Of a DNA stretch of 64,000 nt, positions 43,320 through 57,291 are shown one piece after another (the stretch's first letter is position 1; each line of letters begins with the position of its first letter). Below the pieces are notes generated by a model. The model ran no database searches. It saw nothing but the letters and a program-made list of their open reading frames with translations, and was not told the origin of the DNA. Both the position numbers and the translations under genes were made by a program. Source of the DNA: the human T2T-CHM13v2.0 reference genome, Homo sapiens; assembly GCF_009914755.1 (NCBI RefSeq), contig NC_060929.1; one strand, 5' to 3'.

Positions 43320-46300
43320 TCAATAAACATTATCAAGTGAGTTAATAAGATGTTCCATACATCAAAAATTAATCATTTTGTAGTAATTCCACTACATAGC
43401 CAATTGTAAATATTTTTTATGTTAGAATGGATTATACTTTCAAGATATGTATTCTCTTCTGATAACCTTTTTAAAGTAGGCTAGAGTACTGTAGAAGACC
43501 TTTGATTACTCCAGGTCCAAATAGATAATTTAAGTATGTCTTATTCCTCTAGCAACATTTGTGCTTGATGCCTATAGTTAAAACTTGGGATTCAGATAAA
43601 CAAACTGGAAAAAATAAAAGGGAGCATATTTAGCCAAATTTAAAAACAAAGATTTTAAATAACTTCATAGGCCTCCATTGATATGCAGGAAACTACTGAT
43701 GCTAATTACAAATATTTATATAATAATACTTAATGATCTATAGCTATTTACAGGGTAAGTAAAAGTGAACAATTATAATTTACATGAAAGCAATAGTATG
43801 ATTCTATTTTCTATGTTTATGGAATCAGGTTTTGGAAAGTTAAATAATGTGTATGTATTTTTCTGATGTTGAAACTATTAGTGGTAAAAAGCAATTCTAA
43901 ATTTGAAATATTAAAATATGTGGATAACACATAATTAATATCACATCAAGTAAAATTTAACATCTTAACAGAGCTGATTAGGATGTAAATATGCTGGAGT
44001 TAAATATAGGCTCTTCTTTATTCTTCTACCTTTAGTATATTCTAATTAGAAAAGAAATAGTCTAAGACTTACCTTGGAATCCCAGCACATTTTGAAGGAC
44101 CCTCTTTATTTGCACTGCCAGAATATTCATAACATCAGCGAATATTTACCTCTTTTTGCCTAAAGCCCTAACTGCAAAGCAACTTCGAATGACTCCTAAG
44201 TGAGTACTCCGTTACAGCGATCAGCTATCAAGGAGCTTCCACTACTCTAGTTGGCTTTACAAGATCCTCAACAAACAAAATCCAAACAGGAATATTAGTC
44301 AAATCTTCTGGTTGAAAATTAACATACCAGGCTGATCTGCAAAACCGCCTAAATTTATATTAGAAAAAGTAGTTGAGGCCAGTTGTAATGAACAGTTTTG
44401 GGGTTAGGATGGGTGAACATTATTATTTAGATTTGAAGAATTTTTCTTACATTCACGGATGTAATTTTCAGTCCTTAATTTTTATGACTCCTAGAGGCAT
44501 TGGCCTTCGTGCGGATTCCACTCCATCACCACTCTTTGTGATTTTTTCTCTCTTATGTACCTTCCCTCTTCATGCTTCAATTTGTAAAAATCGTGATTGA
44601 TAAAAAGGTGATTATGATGCCACATGCCTTACAGAAGTTGAGGACAAAATGAAGGTACTTTCAATTAATATTTTTATCCACAGTATAATGTCATCTTTTA
44701 TTCTGTGATCCCTTGTGTTCTTATTTTTTCTTTCTGTAGTTCAGCCAGGGGTACCACTCCATTAAATAGCCAGTTACTGCAGCCCAAGAGCTCTATCTGC
44801 ATGAAGACTAAAAGTTCAGTCGTCTTCCATGTGTTTCACACACCTCCAGGGAATATTTTCCTTTTCATAATCTATCCTGGTCTGACTTTGCACCTTTACT
44901 CTCAGCTACACTAACTTCAAATAACATGCTATCCCTGTCTCTAAACTACTCATCCCCATTGTAAACAGAGCTCTTTGTTTATTTTTCTAAATGCCAAAGT
45001 ATGGTACTAAATAAAACTTTACCTGAAGGGGTGGGAGGAAAAGAAAAGGTAAAATAACAGTCTATCATTTCTTTATAATGAGGAACCCTAGCTTTCCACA
45101 AAAGTGTCCTTATTAGCTACTTTTTTCCTTACCTGACTTCTTACACAGAAGTCGTCCTCATATGTGGAAACCCCATCAGAAAAGAAAATTCATTTGGCAT
45201 TATAATTTTTGCCTAGGAAGTTGAAAAACTTTTACATATTATACAGACTCATTTCCCTAATTTGGCCCAAACTTTCCTTTTCAGAAAGGAAAGTAAGATC
45301 GTACCTTTGTGTAACCACAGTGTCTAATAAAGTGTGTTCCCTAAACAAGAGAATTCTCAAGAGAATACTGCTTTTGTTGAAGCAGTGTTTTGCTTCCTTA
45401 CACTAGAATCTGTCAGTAAAGATTCTTTCAAATTTTTAAAAGATTAAATCACAATATTACCATAAATTGAACGTTAAAAGGCCTTTGTAATTAAAACAAA
45501 TAAAAATAGTATTGTAAATTCTCACCAGAATATCTACCTTAAATAAAGGTAATTAGAAATATATAGTTGACTTCTCATTTTCCTTCAGAAAAATGTTTAC
45601 CAAATGGACATATTGACCTAAAATGCATTTTCTCTGTCTGCTTCAAGTTTGTTTCTGCAGCCAATTCTTTCTCAACATGAGGTAAAATTATGTTCAAGCC
45701 CAATCAAAAAAAAACTTCAGAGCCAAAAATAGTTGTGGACTTTTTCATTAGTTAAATTAAAATCAAATAAATATATAAGTGGAGCAGTGTTACTATGAGA
45801 AAATTGGCCTATTTTCCAAAATTATCAAGAGAAATGTGATGTCTTGTTGTATAGGAAGAAAAGGAATCCTGTGACTTGCTTTGGTCTTTCCAAGGTAAAC
45901 CCTTCTCCTGACTCTATTTTTTGTGAACTATGCTAAATGGATTTATTCTATCATAAAGAGTTGAACACAGAGAGGCTACTGAAATAAAAGGTTTTACAAA
46001 ACAGCTACCGCTATCTACCTTCTGGTTCTGAGCAGAAAGACTATTGAATACATATACAGAAGTATTAGTTTTCAGTCTACTTGAGGTAATCTAATGATTC
46101 ATTTTCAAATTATGTGGTTATTGAAGAGAAATGGACAGGGTTTTTTAACTGTTCACAGATGAAAGCAATTACCACACCAGTGAAAGCACAAGAATTGTAG
46201 TGCATGGAAATTATAAGAAAGAAAAGCAAGGACTGAAGATACTTTTTACTTTTAATTCAATGTATAAAATATTTAGAGTAATGGCATCAGATTCATTAAA

Positions 46301-46613
46301 CACTTTTCAATTTGTATTAAATTGTAAAAAAGTTGTTGCAAAATCAGTCTTCCATCTAATTAAAAAATATAAAGTCTAGTTTCTATACAGTGCTACTAAT
46401 TGAACACACCTGAATAATTCATTTACCATAATTCACCCTGGTCATCATATAACAAAACTGGCCCTGACTAGAAGCACCTAACTGTTCTCTCAGCAAATAA
46501 TTTCTGGAAATATGCTTTTGGCTATGCACAATGCTAGGTACAGGCCCATGAGCTTAATAAAACTTTAATATGTAAATAAGAATAACGTGTACTTTAAGTT
46601 ACTTATATACTAT

Positions 46614-46999
46614 TGTATTAGTCCATTCTCACATTGCTATAAAGAACTACCTGAGACTGGGTAAATTTATAAACAAAAGAGGTTTAACTGACTCACTGTT
46701 TCCCAGACTGTACAGGTTACATAGCTGGGGAGGCCTCAGGAAACTTACAATCATGGTAGAAGGCAAAAAAAGAGGCTGATAACTTCCTACATGGCTGGAG
46801 TATGAGGAAGAAAGTGAAAAGAGAGGTACTACACACTTTTCAACAACCAGATCTCGTGAGAACTCACTCACTATCACAAGAACAGCAAGGGGAAATCCAC
46901 CTCCATGATCCTATCACCCCCTGACAACCCTCTCCTCCAACAATGGGGATTACACTTCAACACAAGATTTGGACAGGGAAACAAATCCAAACCATATCA
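46614..46999 (-). mobile_element. MSTA solo LTR
   Basis: tgtattagtccattctcacattgctataaagaactacctgagactggg...gaggcctcaggaaacttacaatcatgg...caaaccatatca. Perfect TSD actat (46609-46613, 47000-47004). Confidence 0.93.
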
Positions 47000-47262
47000 A
47001 CTATATACCTTGTGAAGTACATAGGGCAGGGTGGTGAAGTTGAATGGACAAAAATGGCTTAATTCAAGAATACTGCAATATGGGAGAGAGGCTAGAAGCC
47101 CATCACAGCTCAACCACTCTGAAAATAAGAGCTGGAGAGTTATGAGCTGGGGTGTGGTGAATTATATAAGCCACCTGTGTTTGCTACTTGGCATTACCCA
47201 AAGAAAACTGGCAAGAAAGCTTTAAAATGATTTACATCTTAAAGGGGAAGAGAAAAAAATTA

Positions 47263-47671
<409 letters not shown>

Positions 47672-50043
47672 CTATATAAAATGTAATCAAACTGAGGGGA
47701 ACATTAAGGCCATCTTGGTCAGTGAAGAGAAAATACAAATTGACTGTAAACAATTTAAACAAATGATGCAAATTACACGGATAATCTTAATTAAAGCATA
47801 TGTGGTACAATCACGTTTTTGTTCATTTGTATTTCCTTTTGAGTATCTATTCATGTCTGCAAGCAGTGGAAATCAAAAAATGGCAATTTCACTTGTCACA
47901 AGAGTGGATATCAAAATGAACAATCTTTACATTGCATGGATTACACTAAAAATTTAAAGGTGCCATGAAATTTATTTGGGCACAGTACAGTGCTTCAGTT
48001 TACTATAGCCTTCTAGACTGGGCCTACAGAAGCCATTGAAAACTCTCATTATCTTCTGCTTTTTAAAGCCTGCCCTTGTGGTTTTTGATGAAAGAAAGGT
48101 ACAGAAATGCATTTGTTGTGGCCCTAGTGATGTTTAGCATCACTGTAGACAACATTTTAGATAAGAATCTTCCTTATATTTTGTAGGTATAGAAAACCTT
48201 AGAGAACACTAACACAAATTTGCTCCACACACATGCAGCTTTTGGAGGAAGAAATACTATCTCACATTATAAGACATATCACAAAAATAAAGTACAAAAA
48301 TGACCAGATATTGTAGGAAAAAAATAAGTATTTAAGACGACCTTACTAAAAGTGCATTGTGAGAAGGCCTCTATGATCAGTGAAATAGTCTGAAGAATGA
48401 AAACGATGTTGTTTTTCATAACTGCCCTAATATCAGACTGGTTCTCATTGTTTCTCAGAATAAAATAATTGAAGCAATTTGTCCTCAAGACAAGTACTAT
48501 ATAACTCTATCTATTATTGCTGTTGTGAGTGTAGTCAAAAGTGTTAAACTACAGTTTGAATGAAACTTTCCAGATGTATAAAAATTGTTGCTTCTTTTAG
48601 TAGTTGTGGAAACCTTGCTTCCCAAATTACAGTGACAAATGGCCAACTATGTACTAGTCTGTGAGCTTCTTGTGAATTGCTGATGTCATATTTCACGTTG
48701 TGCACATATTAGCTCCCATTAAACATTTAAACACTTCTTGAACACATAAATAAGGGAATGTTCTTTGTATTTGGATCTTGGCAGAGTTTCAGTTCAGAAA
48801 AGGGAAATTAATCAATAGAGGTTTAATCCCTAGGAAAAGAGGAAATTTGTAAACTAAGGCTATTTGAAAGTGTTTTGTTTTTCTCATAATTGTAGAGTTA
48901 CCATGTCATTTATTGTTCATATCAGAAAACGTTTGTCCAGGACAAGTATTAAACTAGACAGGAATCCCAATCATATGTTGAAGTTTCTATTACTCTACCC
49001 ATTCTACAGATGATGAAACTGAAATTTATTTAGGGGTCAGACTTGACTCTATATAAAGTATCTGACTATGAGGTAATAAATAGGCCAAAATCATTAGAGA
49101 AAATGTGTTTCCGATTTCTATTTTGATAAGCTTTGTGGGATGCGAATTTTCCAATTTCTCTTGCTCTCACTAGCAAGTCCATTTGGGGACCACACAGGAT
49201 GTTGCAGTCCTGATGGGAACTTCATTTGTCATCACTAGAAGCTTCCTTTGCTTAGGGCTTTGTAAAGTTAGAAGTGAATTAATTGAAAATAACCTGGTAT
49301 ATTTAAAATAATTATAATTATATGAAATTTATAAGCCAGTATGTTTAAACAAAAATACATATTTTAGGGACTATAAATAAGGTGTTATAGGGTCCAACTT
49401 TTAAACTTTCATTGTTCCCCTAGTAACCTTTCTATTCCCCAGGAATAGGGAAAATTATAGCTAGTTGATTATTTTTAAGAAAATTGTTTCTTTTCTTGTT
49501 CCATCAAAATTTCTCTTCTGGTCTAGGTTTAGCCTACCATTTTCTGTGTAGCATGATGTTTGAGTTTGCTCTTGTTTATCAGGAGTTGACTTTTTGTTTT
49601 GAGGAGAATAGTTTCATATGTGAAAAATGTTCATGCTTCAAGTAAGAACATATTATTTATATTATCTATTTCTATTTTTAATTTCCCAGCAGTTATACAG
49701 ATCCTCTGTCTCAAATATAGTTAACAATATCTGCTATAGAATTGTGCTGTGTTTTATAGCACTAGGAAGCTATTATTTTGTCCCCCTGTTCACCTTCCTT
49801 TCCTTGTAATGATGAGGAAAATCATGGGGAAAGCACCTTTTAAAAGAAGTCTGAGCCAAAAATGAATCATCCATTGGGCAAAAACTACAGCTGTCATGTT
49901 ACTTAGTGTGTTGTACCAGTAAACCAGTAAACACACTTCTTGGCTACAGAACACCAGAGTTTTAATATTGAAACATTTTATGTCATAAATTATACAGTTG
50001 CACATTCAAAATTCCCTAGTTCAAAAATATTTGTGTTTTTTTT

Positions 50044-51540
50044 CCCCAAAGATGGCAGATTAGAAGCTTTTAGGATGCCTAAGCCATTTGAAAATAGCAA
50101 GATAGTGCCTAACGATCAACTCTGTGAGCTTTAATTCAAGAACGGAAATGGGAATCCACCAGAATCATGAAGGACATCCCAAACCCTGGGGAGGAGAATG
50201 TGGGCAAACAGCCCCTGCGAAGGCATCTGGCTGATAAAAGTGAGTGAAGTCATTATGTGAGAGAGTCAGAGAGCCTCCCTCATAATTCACCTTTCCATTG
50301 GGGATCTGAGCAACCCAGGACAAAAGAGAACACTGCGTTTCTCCTAAGCCACGGAGGTAACTTGGGAGGCGGCTTGGAGACCCTGAGAAGGAAAGACTCT
50401 AGGAAAAGCTGCAGGCATTTCCCCCAACCTAGGACCTAGAGCAGGATGGCATTTTTAATCCAGACACATACGCAGCCAGGCGCAAAGCCAGGCACAAAGC
50501 CATTATTTGGTGACCTGGCAGTGTGCCCATACCAGCATTGTAATCTCAGGCCAGAGATTGGAGCACTTGCTCTGGAAAGTGCCTGAGGACTAGGCGCTAG
50601 AACTGTGCTGTCCCCCATCACAGGCCTGGAGCGGAAGGAGAGCTGCTACAGCTCTGGTTTCTCCTAGATTATAAGACATGCAGCCAGGGCCAGCTTGATG
50701 ACCAGTAACCGGTCTGGGTGTGTCCTTGCTGGGTGCTCCATTCTGCTCCCCGGATATCCTGGTGCAGCAGAGCCCTCTCCACTCCTCCCCTATGCAGAAT
50801 TTCAGGCATTTGGAGTGCCACCTTGCCTAGATCAGCAGCCTGAGATACCCACTCTTTCTGTGCATAGATTATGGTGCATTGCAACCCTCTCTGCTCCACA
50901 CCCAGGCAGATTTCTAGGCATTCAGAGCACCTGCCTGCCTGGGCCTGCAGCATGAGCTCCTATCCTTCCTGGGCATAGATCCCGCTGAAGCAGGACCCTC
51001 CCTGTTCCACATCCACACAGAACTCCAGACATTCGGAGTGCTCCCTTGCCTGGATCAGCAGCCTGAGACACCCACCGTTTCTGTGCATGGATCATGGTGC
51101 AGAGGGACCCTCTCTGTTCCACATCCAGGCACATCTCCAGGCATTTGGAGTATTCACTCACATGAACTAGCAGTCTGAGTCACCCTACCCTTCCTGTGCA
51201 GAGATCCTGTTACAGAGGGTCCCTCTCAACTTCAAGCCCAGACAAATCTCCAGGCACTTGGAGCACCTGCTCAACTGGCTCTGCAGCCTGAGCCACCTCA
51301 CCCTCGCCATGCGGACACTGTGGTGCACTGAATCTTTATCCACTCCACACTTAGGCAGATCTCCAGCCAGTCAGAGCACCCACTCACTCAGATCAGCAGC
51401 CTGAACAACCCAGATTTTCCTCTACAGAGACCATGGTGAAGTGGGGCCCTTTCTACTCCACGCCCAAGCAGACCTCCAGACATTTGGAGTTTAGGCTGCA
51501 CCCACTCCCCCTCACCACCCCCGTGCAGAGAACTTGAGGT
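50044..51540 (+). mobile_element. Isolated old LINE-1 5'UTR (L1M/L1P-type) including a ~112-bp tandem array
   Basis: Begins aagatggc (YY1-like), GC-richer L1 5'-end-like sequence. Motif cagcagcctgag and variants recur at 50833, 50945, 51056, 51168, 51281, 51394. Ends at a (GA)n tract. Confidence 0.7.
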
Positions 51541-51549
51541 AGGGTTGGG

Positions 51550-51600
51550 GGAGAGAGAGAGAGAGAGGATGGAGAGGGGGGAGAGAGAGAGAGAGAGAGA
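51550..51600. repeat. (GA)n microsatellite
   Basis: Directly visible. Confidence 0.95.
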
Positions 51601-54070
51601 CTATACTACAGAACCTTGAGCATAAACAGCATTTATATGAATGTGGTTACTTTCTCTTTCCTTCCCACTTGTTGAGGAATGTGTCTTTAGCCTTAACTTG
51701 TGAGTGTAGACCAATGCGTGCTTTAAACCTGAGGTTTCTGAAACTAATTACACCATCCAGGGTCTTCAATGTGCTGCTTGAGTTGAAATACAACTGCTAG
51801 GATAAATAAAAACTCAGGTATTATCTTATCTGGGCAAGTTATAGGGCAGTACGTTGCTAAGTGCCACCTGAGTAAAAGGATTTATTGACATGGAAACTAC
51901 TATAATTCACTCACATTTTATTATAAGTTCAGCATGTTTTATAGTTTCCTTATACTTTCAGATAAAAAAATCTCTTTTTGAAGTTACTGTAAAACACATG
52001 GAAGAACACTGAGTTTGACAGGTAACCTCTAATAAAAACAACAAAAAAAGCAAAAACAAACAAACAAACAAAAAACACTTTTAGAATATATAAAGGATAA
52101 AATGCAAAAGTATTTTATAAAATTTTGTGGAAAAGGACATTCACTAGAAGACACATGCATTTGGCTCTCTAAAAATTCAAAACATGAGACAAAGGACAAA
52201 GCCAGGGAGTCTATTTGATGCTTCCTATCTCTATAGAAACTGTATTATTGATACCCACCCCTTTTCTATTTCTATGGTTACAGAACACAGAAGACCCTTA
52301 AAAAGCAAAAGGATAAAGAGATACATCTCTTAAGTGTCCATGGTGGTGAGTGGAGACTGATGATAATAAGAATGGATGCTCACAAATTCTTGACAATTTC
52401 TTAGAGTTATGGAAAAATGTTTAAGTCAGGGCTTGAGATCAGAATACAAAGATGTCTTGTTCACAGGTGAGAACACCATTAAGCTAAACTGAATTCATAA
52501 GATGAATTTAGTGTGACCCCACATGAGTTATTTTACATGCATACCTTAGTAGGTTTTCACAATTGAAGCAGAATAAAAGTTTTAAAAGTTTAATAAAAAA
52601 AAATAATGTGTTCTTTTTTATATTTATACACTGGTGTCTCATTTTTTTCATTGAATTGCTACATAGAAGAAAATAACATAATGTTTGGTACTTGGAGGAA
52701 ATAAGATGGAATGAAATACATACATAGAGACTACTTTAGACGTTTAGTTGTTCTTTGTTTCTAGCTTCTCCATGTAAATTTATTCTTGAATTTTTTTTTC
52801 TCCAAAACACGAAAAGTTTAGATGGTAAAAAGAGAAGAGAAGAAAAGGAGTCAGACAATTTCAATACTTTAGTAGTGAGAGAATGAAATTACTCACAGCC
52901 AGATAGGTTCTTAGCTTTTCTTCCCCATTGATATATGCCAAACATAATACTGACAAAGAAATGAAGGACAAAGACATTTTGTGCCATCTCCTGAATTATT
53001 TCCTACAATTCCTTTAAAGTTAAAATTACTTAACATTGCAGGGGAAAATGAATCAGGAAGTCACATGGCGAATTAAATAGTATAGAGTACACTTACTGAC
53101 GTACTCTGCTACTGAAAGTACCAGCTCAGTTGGAAGTGAGCAGTCATCTAAGGTCTACGTGCTCTATTCTGTGTAGTCAATAGAAATCTCATGAAAATAA
53201 TAAGATTGGTTTATTCTTCTTTAAACAGAAGTGCTTTATTCTGTATGTGTGTATGTTTGTGTGTGTGTGTGTGTGATTTTTTCATGTGAACCTTCTTTGT
53301 GAAGGATTATTGATTTATGACCATATTTATAACACCTTTGTCTTAACATTTTCTCCATGAATTAACTCCTTCTTGTTTTGAAGGAATAAAAACAACTCTT
53401 GTGGAAGATTTGCCATCTTGCTTTCTTTTCCACTTATGCATACTTCAGTGGAACAGTTTTCCTGGGAGGAGACAGTGAGATTTCACACTCTTAGATCTGA
53501 GGAAATGAGGTAGCTGTGGCAATGATAATAGGACCAGGTATAGAAGGTAAATAATGTGCCTTTTAAAATTGGTGTGATGGGAATGGCAAAGCCTTCTTGA
53601 AATGCGAAAATGTCTAATTGGTGCCCGCAGAAAGTTTCACTCAATAAAACATTTTAAGTCAGGATGTGATCATTTTTATCAGTCATTGATGAAAAACGTA
53701 ATTTTGAAAATAAGTACAGTTAAGAAAGCAAGAAAAAATATGCCAGCCTTTTTCTTCCTCATATGAGACACTAACATGAGAAAATTAATCAAATCACATT
53801 AATGTCTCCATGCTCAATGCAAATTCTTTATTCTTATTTTGTGCAGTTTCAGAGTTGAGTGAGATAAGATTGTACCTATGCCATAATATTTACTTCATTA
53901 TTTGAGGACAAAACTAGTCAATTTTTACAGAAAAAAAATCAGTAAAACTAGCCATTTGATATAAGTCTTCAATTCAGACAAAAAGTTATGTTAGTAGTTT
54001 CTCCAGAAATAGTTCCATATATGTCTATGCCTGCATTTAAATGTTTGTGATAGCTTTAAAACCCTTCAGA

Positions 54071-54268
54071 TATTTTATTTTATTTTTTATTATACTTTAA
54101 GTTTTAGGGTACATGTGTACAATGTGCAGGTTATTTACATATGTATACATGTGTCATGTTGGTGTGCTGCACCCAGTATCGTCATTTAACATTAGGTATA
54201 TCCCCAAATTCTATCCCTCCCCCCTCCCCCTACTCCACAACAGGCCCTGATATGTGATGTTCCCCTTC
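54071..54268 (-). mobile_element. 5'-truncated L1PA (L1PA4/5-like) 3' end
   Basis: ttattatactttaagttttagggtacatgtg...gttggtgtgctgcaccca...cattaggtatatc...tgtgatgttccccttc. Confidence 0.92.
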
Positions 54269-54829
54269 AATTTTAATTAAAATTGTGCATCCATTGTATG
54301 TATATCATTAATGAAGAAATTTTAAATTGGTTAATTCATATGATCAATCTTGCTAAAATAATCATCTACATGCTTTGTATTATACCAAAATTACAAATTT
54401 ATTTATAATCTTAAAATCTGAAAAATGGGCAAGAAGAATGATATCTGAATTTTTACAGGTGAATTCCAGGACTTCTTCAAATAGGTATTCCAATAAAAAC
54501 ATTTGGTTTTGCCTTCCTATTCTAATATTTTTATCTAGATCTTATTTAGAAATTCATCATGAGTCACTATGACTGTGGGTATGACATTTGTGGTGTGCAT
54601 GTCATTGCTTATTCAACAAATAACTTATCACTATGGCAATTTAGCCCATTATTTGTCTTTATGGTTGGCTTTCTATAAGGCAATAAAAATTTCATGTGTT
54701 ATGAAATAAAAAATTCAGTGTTCAAGTAAAGGCTTTAGCCTTCATCAGATTACAAAAATCTTTCTTTCCTCTAAACGACTTTTCCATTTGTTAATTTTCA
54801 AAATTGTAAAACACGTTGCCAAACTAAGG

Positions 54830-55070
54830 ATAGCATGGGGTGATGAAATGGAAAAAAGTGGACTTGAGTGGGGTAGTCCTGCTGTTTGAATCTGGCTTTT
54901 CCAATTCCTTACTGAGAGATTTTGGTCTCATTAGTTATGTTGCCAATTTTTGATTTGCTCATCAAACTAGAAGAAACAACATATATTTAGGAAGATTTTG
55001 TAGTAATGAGAAACAACGTCTATAAAAATATAACCAATAATCCAGAGTATGTTACATGTTCAATAACTGT
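54830..55070 (+). mobile_element. MIR relic
   Basis: agcatggggtgatgaaatggaaaaaagtggacttgag...tttgaatctggct...tttgctcatc motifs. Confidence 0.5.
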
Positions 55071-55589
55071 TAGACCAAATATCATATACTTTTAATTTAA
55101 TTAGATAAAGTTTTCCATGAATTTCCTCTCCATGTTGTAAAGGAGAGGAAAGGAAAGAAACCTAATATATATTGACCATTTACTGTACTCCAGCCACCGC
55201 GCTAAAGTTAGAACTTTGATTTCTAATTCAGGGCACTTGGGATAATTTGGACACTCAGGTTAAATAAAACACTACAGTGTTTCTGCTGAACCTACTCCTG
55301 AGCATAACTAAGTTCATGGTGTTAACAAATAGGCCATATATGCCATGTCTTTCTCTAGACATAAAATTTCCAGAACTTCAGTTGCTACCACAACAAAAAT
55401 GAACAAAACTGTTTTTCTGGATGTGTCAGTCCCCTTCCTGTTAACTGGACCAAGGCTATCATTTCATGGCCGTTCGGGGATTGGGGAGAGTGGAGGGTAA
55501 GACACACCTCTCTTTATCTCTCCAGCCCCCACAAAATTTCTTCTCTAAGATTCTCTGTGTTCAAATATTTCTCGTTTTAATAATAATCT

Positions 55590-56072
55590 CTCTATATATA
55601 CTATAATACAGATTATTTAATAATCTATATATAATAATTAGATATGTATATGTGTATCCCCAATACATAGAATTATAAATTATATATTATAGATATTACT
55701 ATATGATTATGTTATATAATTATATATAAATTATATATTATATATTTTATATAGAACACATATCAATTTTATATTATATATTATTGTATAATACATAATA
55801 TATAATTGTATAATACATATTATATATTGTATAATATGTATTACATATTATCGTATAACATATATATTATTGTATATAAAGTATATATTATATTACATGT
55901 TATATATTATATATTATATAGTATATTATAATTATAAATTAATACATATATTTTATATAATTACATAATTATAATTATAAATTACATATTATAATTTATA
56001 TTATATAATATGTACTATATATAATAATTACATATATGTGTATATATATCATATATGTGTATATATATATAT
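55590..56072. repeat. ~480-bp degenerate (TA)-rich low-complexity tract
   Basis: Almost entirely A/T with alternating TA runs. Confidence 0.95.
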
Positions 56073-56804
56073 CTCCCCAACCTTAGGTATTTTTATGTGT
56101 GTTATCACCTTTAATAACTTTTGATACCTCAGACTGCCTCCTAAATTGCCCTTTTAGGAATGAAAAGAAAATATTATTATTAACCACAATGCCAGTTCTG
56201 TACAATTAATCTACTAGATTTCACAAGGCTGGAAGAACTGAAGCATATGAATTGAGTATCATCTTCTAAAATGAGAAAATAGGATGCAACTGTTTCTGGG
56301 GGCTATTACATGTAATTGAGATCGAGTTTTGTTTATCAATGCTAACAAATAGGAAGTAATAAGTATAGAATGAATAATCTTAGGCTATAACCCACAAAAA
56401 GCGAATAACTAAGAGTCATTCTTTGGATTTAAAACACTCGATTTTTGTTGGTATGTTAATGTACCTCGCTTTCATCTAATATTCTGTACAAATCTATCTG
56501 ACATTAAAACCTGTTCTTTTCTGGGTTCATACAGATTACTAATTAAGAAAAGGTACTGACTGGATATATAGATATTTCTTCTCTATTTTAATCAATGTTG
56601 AATATAATTTATCAGAGAAGTAATAAAATAGTAATGTGGCCTTATGAAAGTCATGAATTCAGATTATTACCATTTTTTGATCTTAGTAGATAAATTTTTT
56701 TTGTATTATTCAAAAGATATATAAATAGCTTTTCCTGAACTCACCATTGCTGCATCTCTAGGAATTTTCCTTAAGGACTTTCTATGCCTTGTGTCACTTA
56801 ATCC

Positions 56805-57291
56805 TTATAAATTGCCAGATTTAGCAAATAAAAGTAGTGGATGCCTAGTAACATTTGATTTTCAGATAAACAGCTTATTAATTAATTAATTTTTGACACA
56901 GGGTCTCACTCTCTCATCTAGGCTGGAGTACAGTGGCACAATCATGGCTCACTGCAGCCTCGACCTCCCAAGTTCAAGTGATTCCTCAGCCTCAGCCTCA
57001 TGAGTAGCTGGGATTACAGGGGTGGCTAATTTTGTATTTTTCATAGAGACAGGGTTTCACCATGTTGTCCCAGGTTGGTCTCGGACTTCTGGGTTCAAGC
57101 GATCCACCTGCCTTCGCCTCCCAAAGTTCTGGGATTACTGGAGTGAGCCACCATGCTCAGCAACTTTTTCTTTTTTTTTTAATTACAGGTATGTCCCATG
57201 CTATTTTGGGCGTGTATACACTAATAAATACTACTTGTTTTTCTGAAATTCAAATGTAACTTGGTATCCTATATTTTATTTTGCAACCCTA
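56805..57291. mobile_element. MER53 palindromic hAT MITE, split by an Alu
   Basis: ttgccagatttagcaaataaaa...gatgcctagt...ttcagataaac [Alu] gtatgtccca...tctgaaattcaaatgtaact...atcct...gcaacccta. Confidence 0.85.
56875..57160 (-). mobile_element. AluJ (Jb/Jo-like)
   Basis: acaatcatggctcactgcagcctcgacctcc and gggttcaagcgatccacctgcc. Confidence 0.88.
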
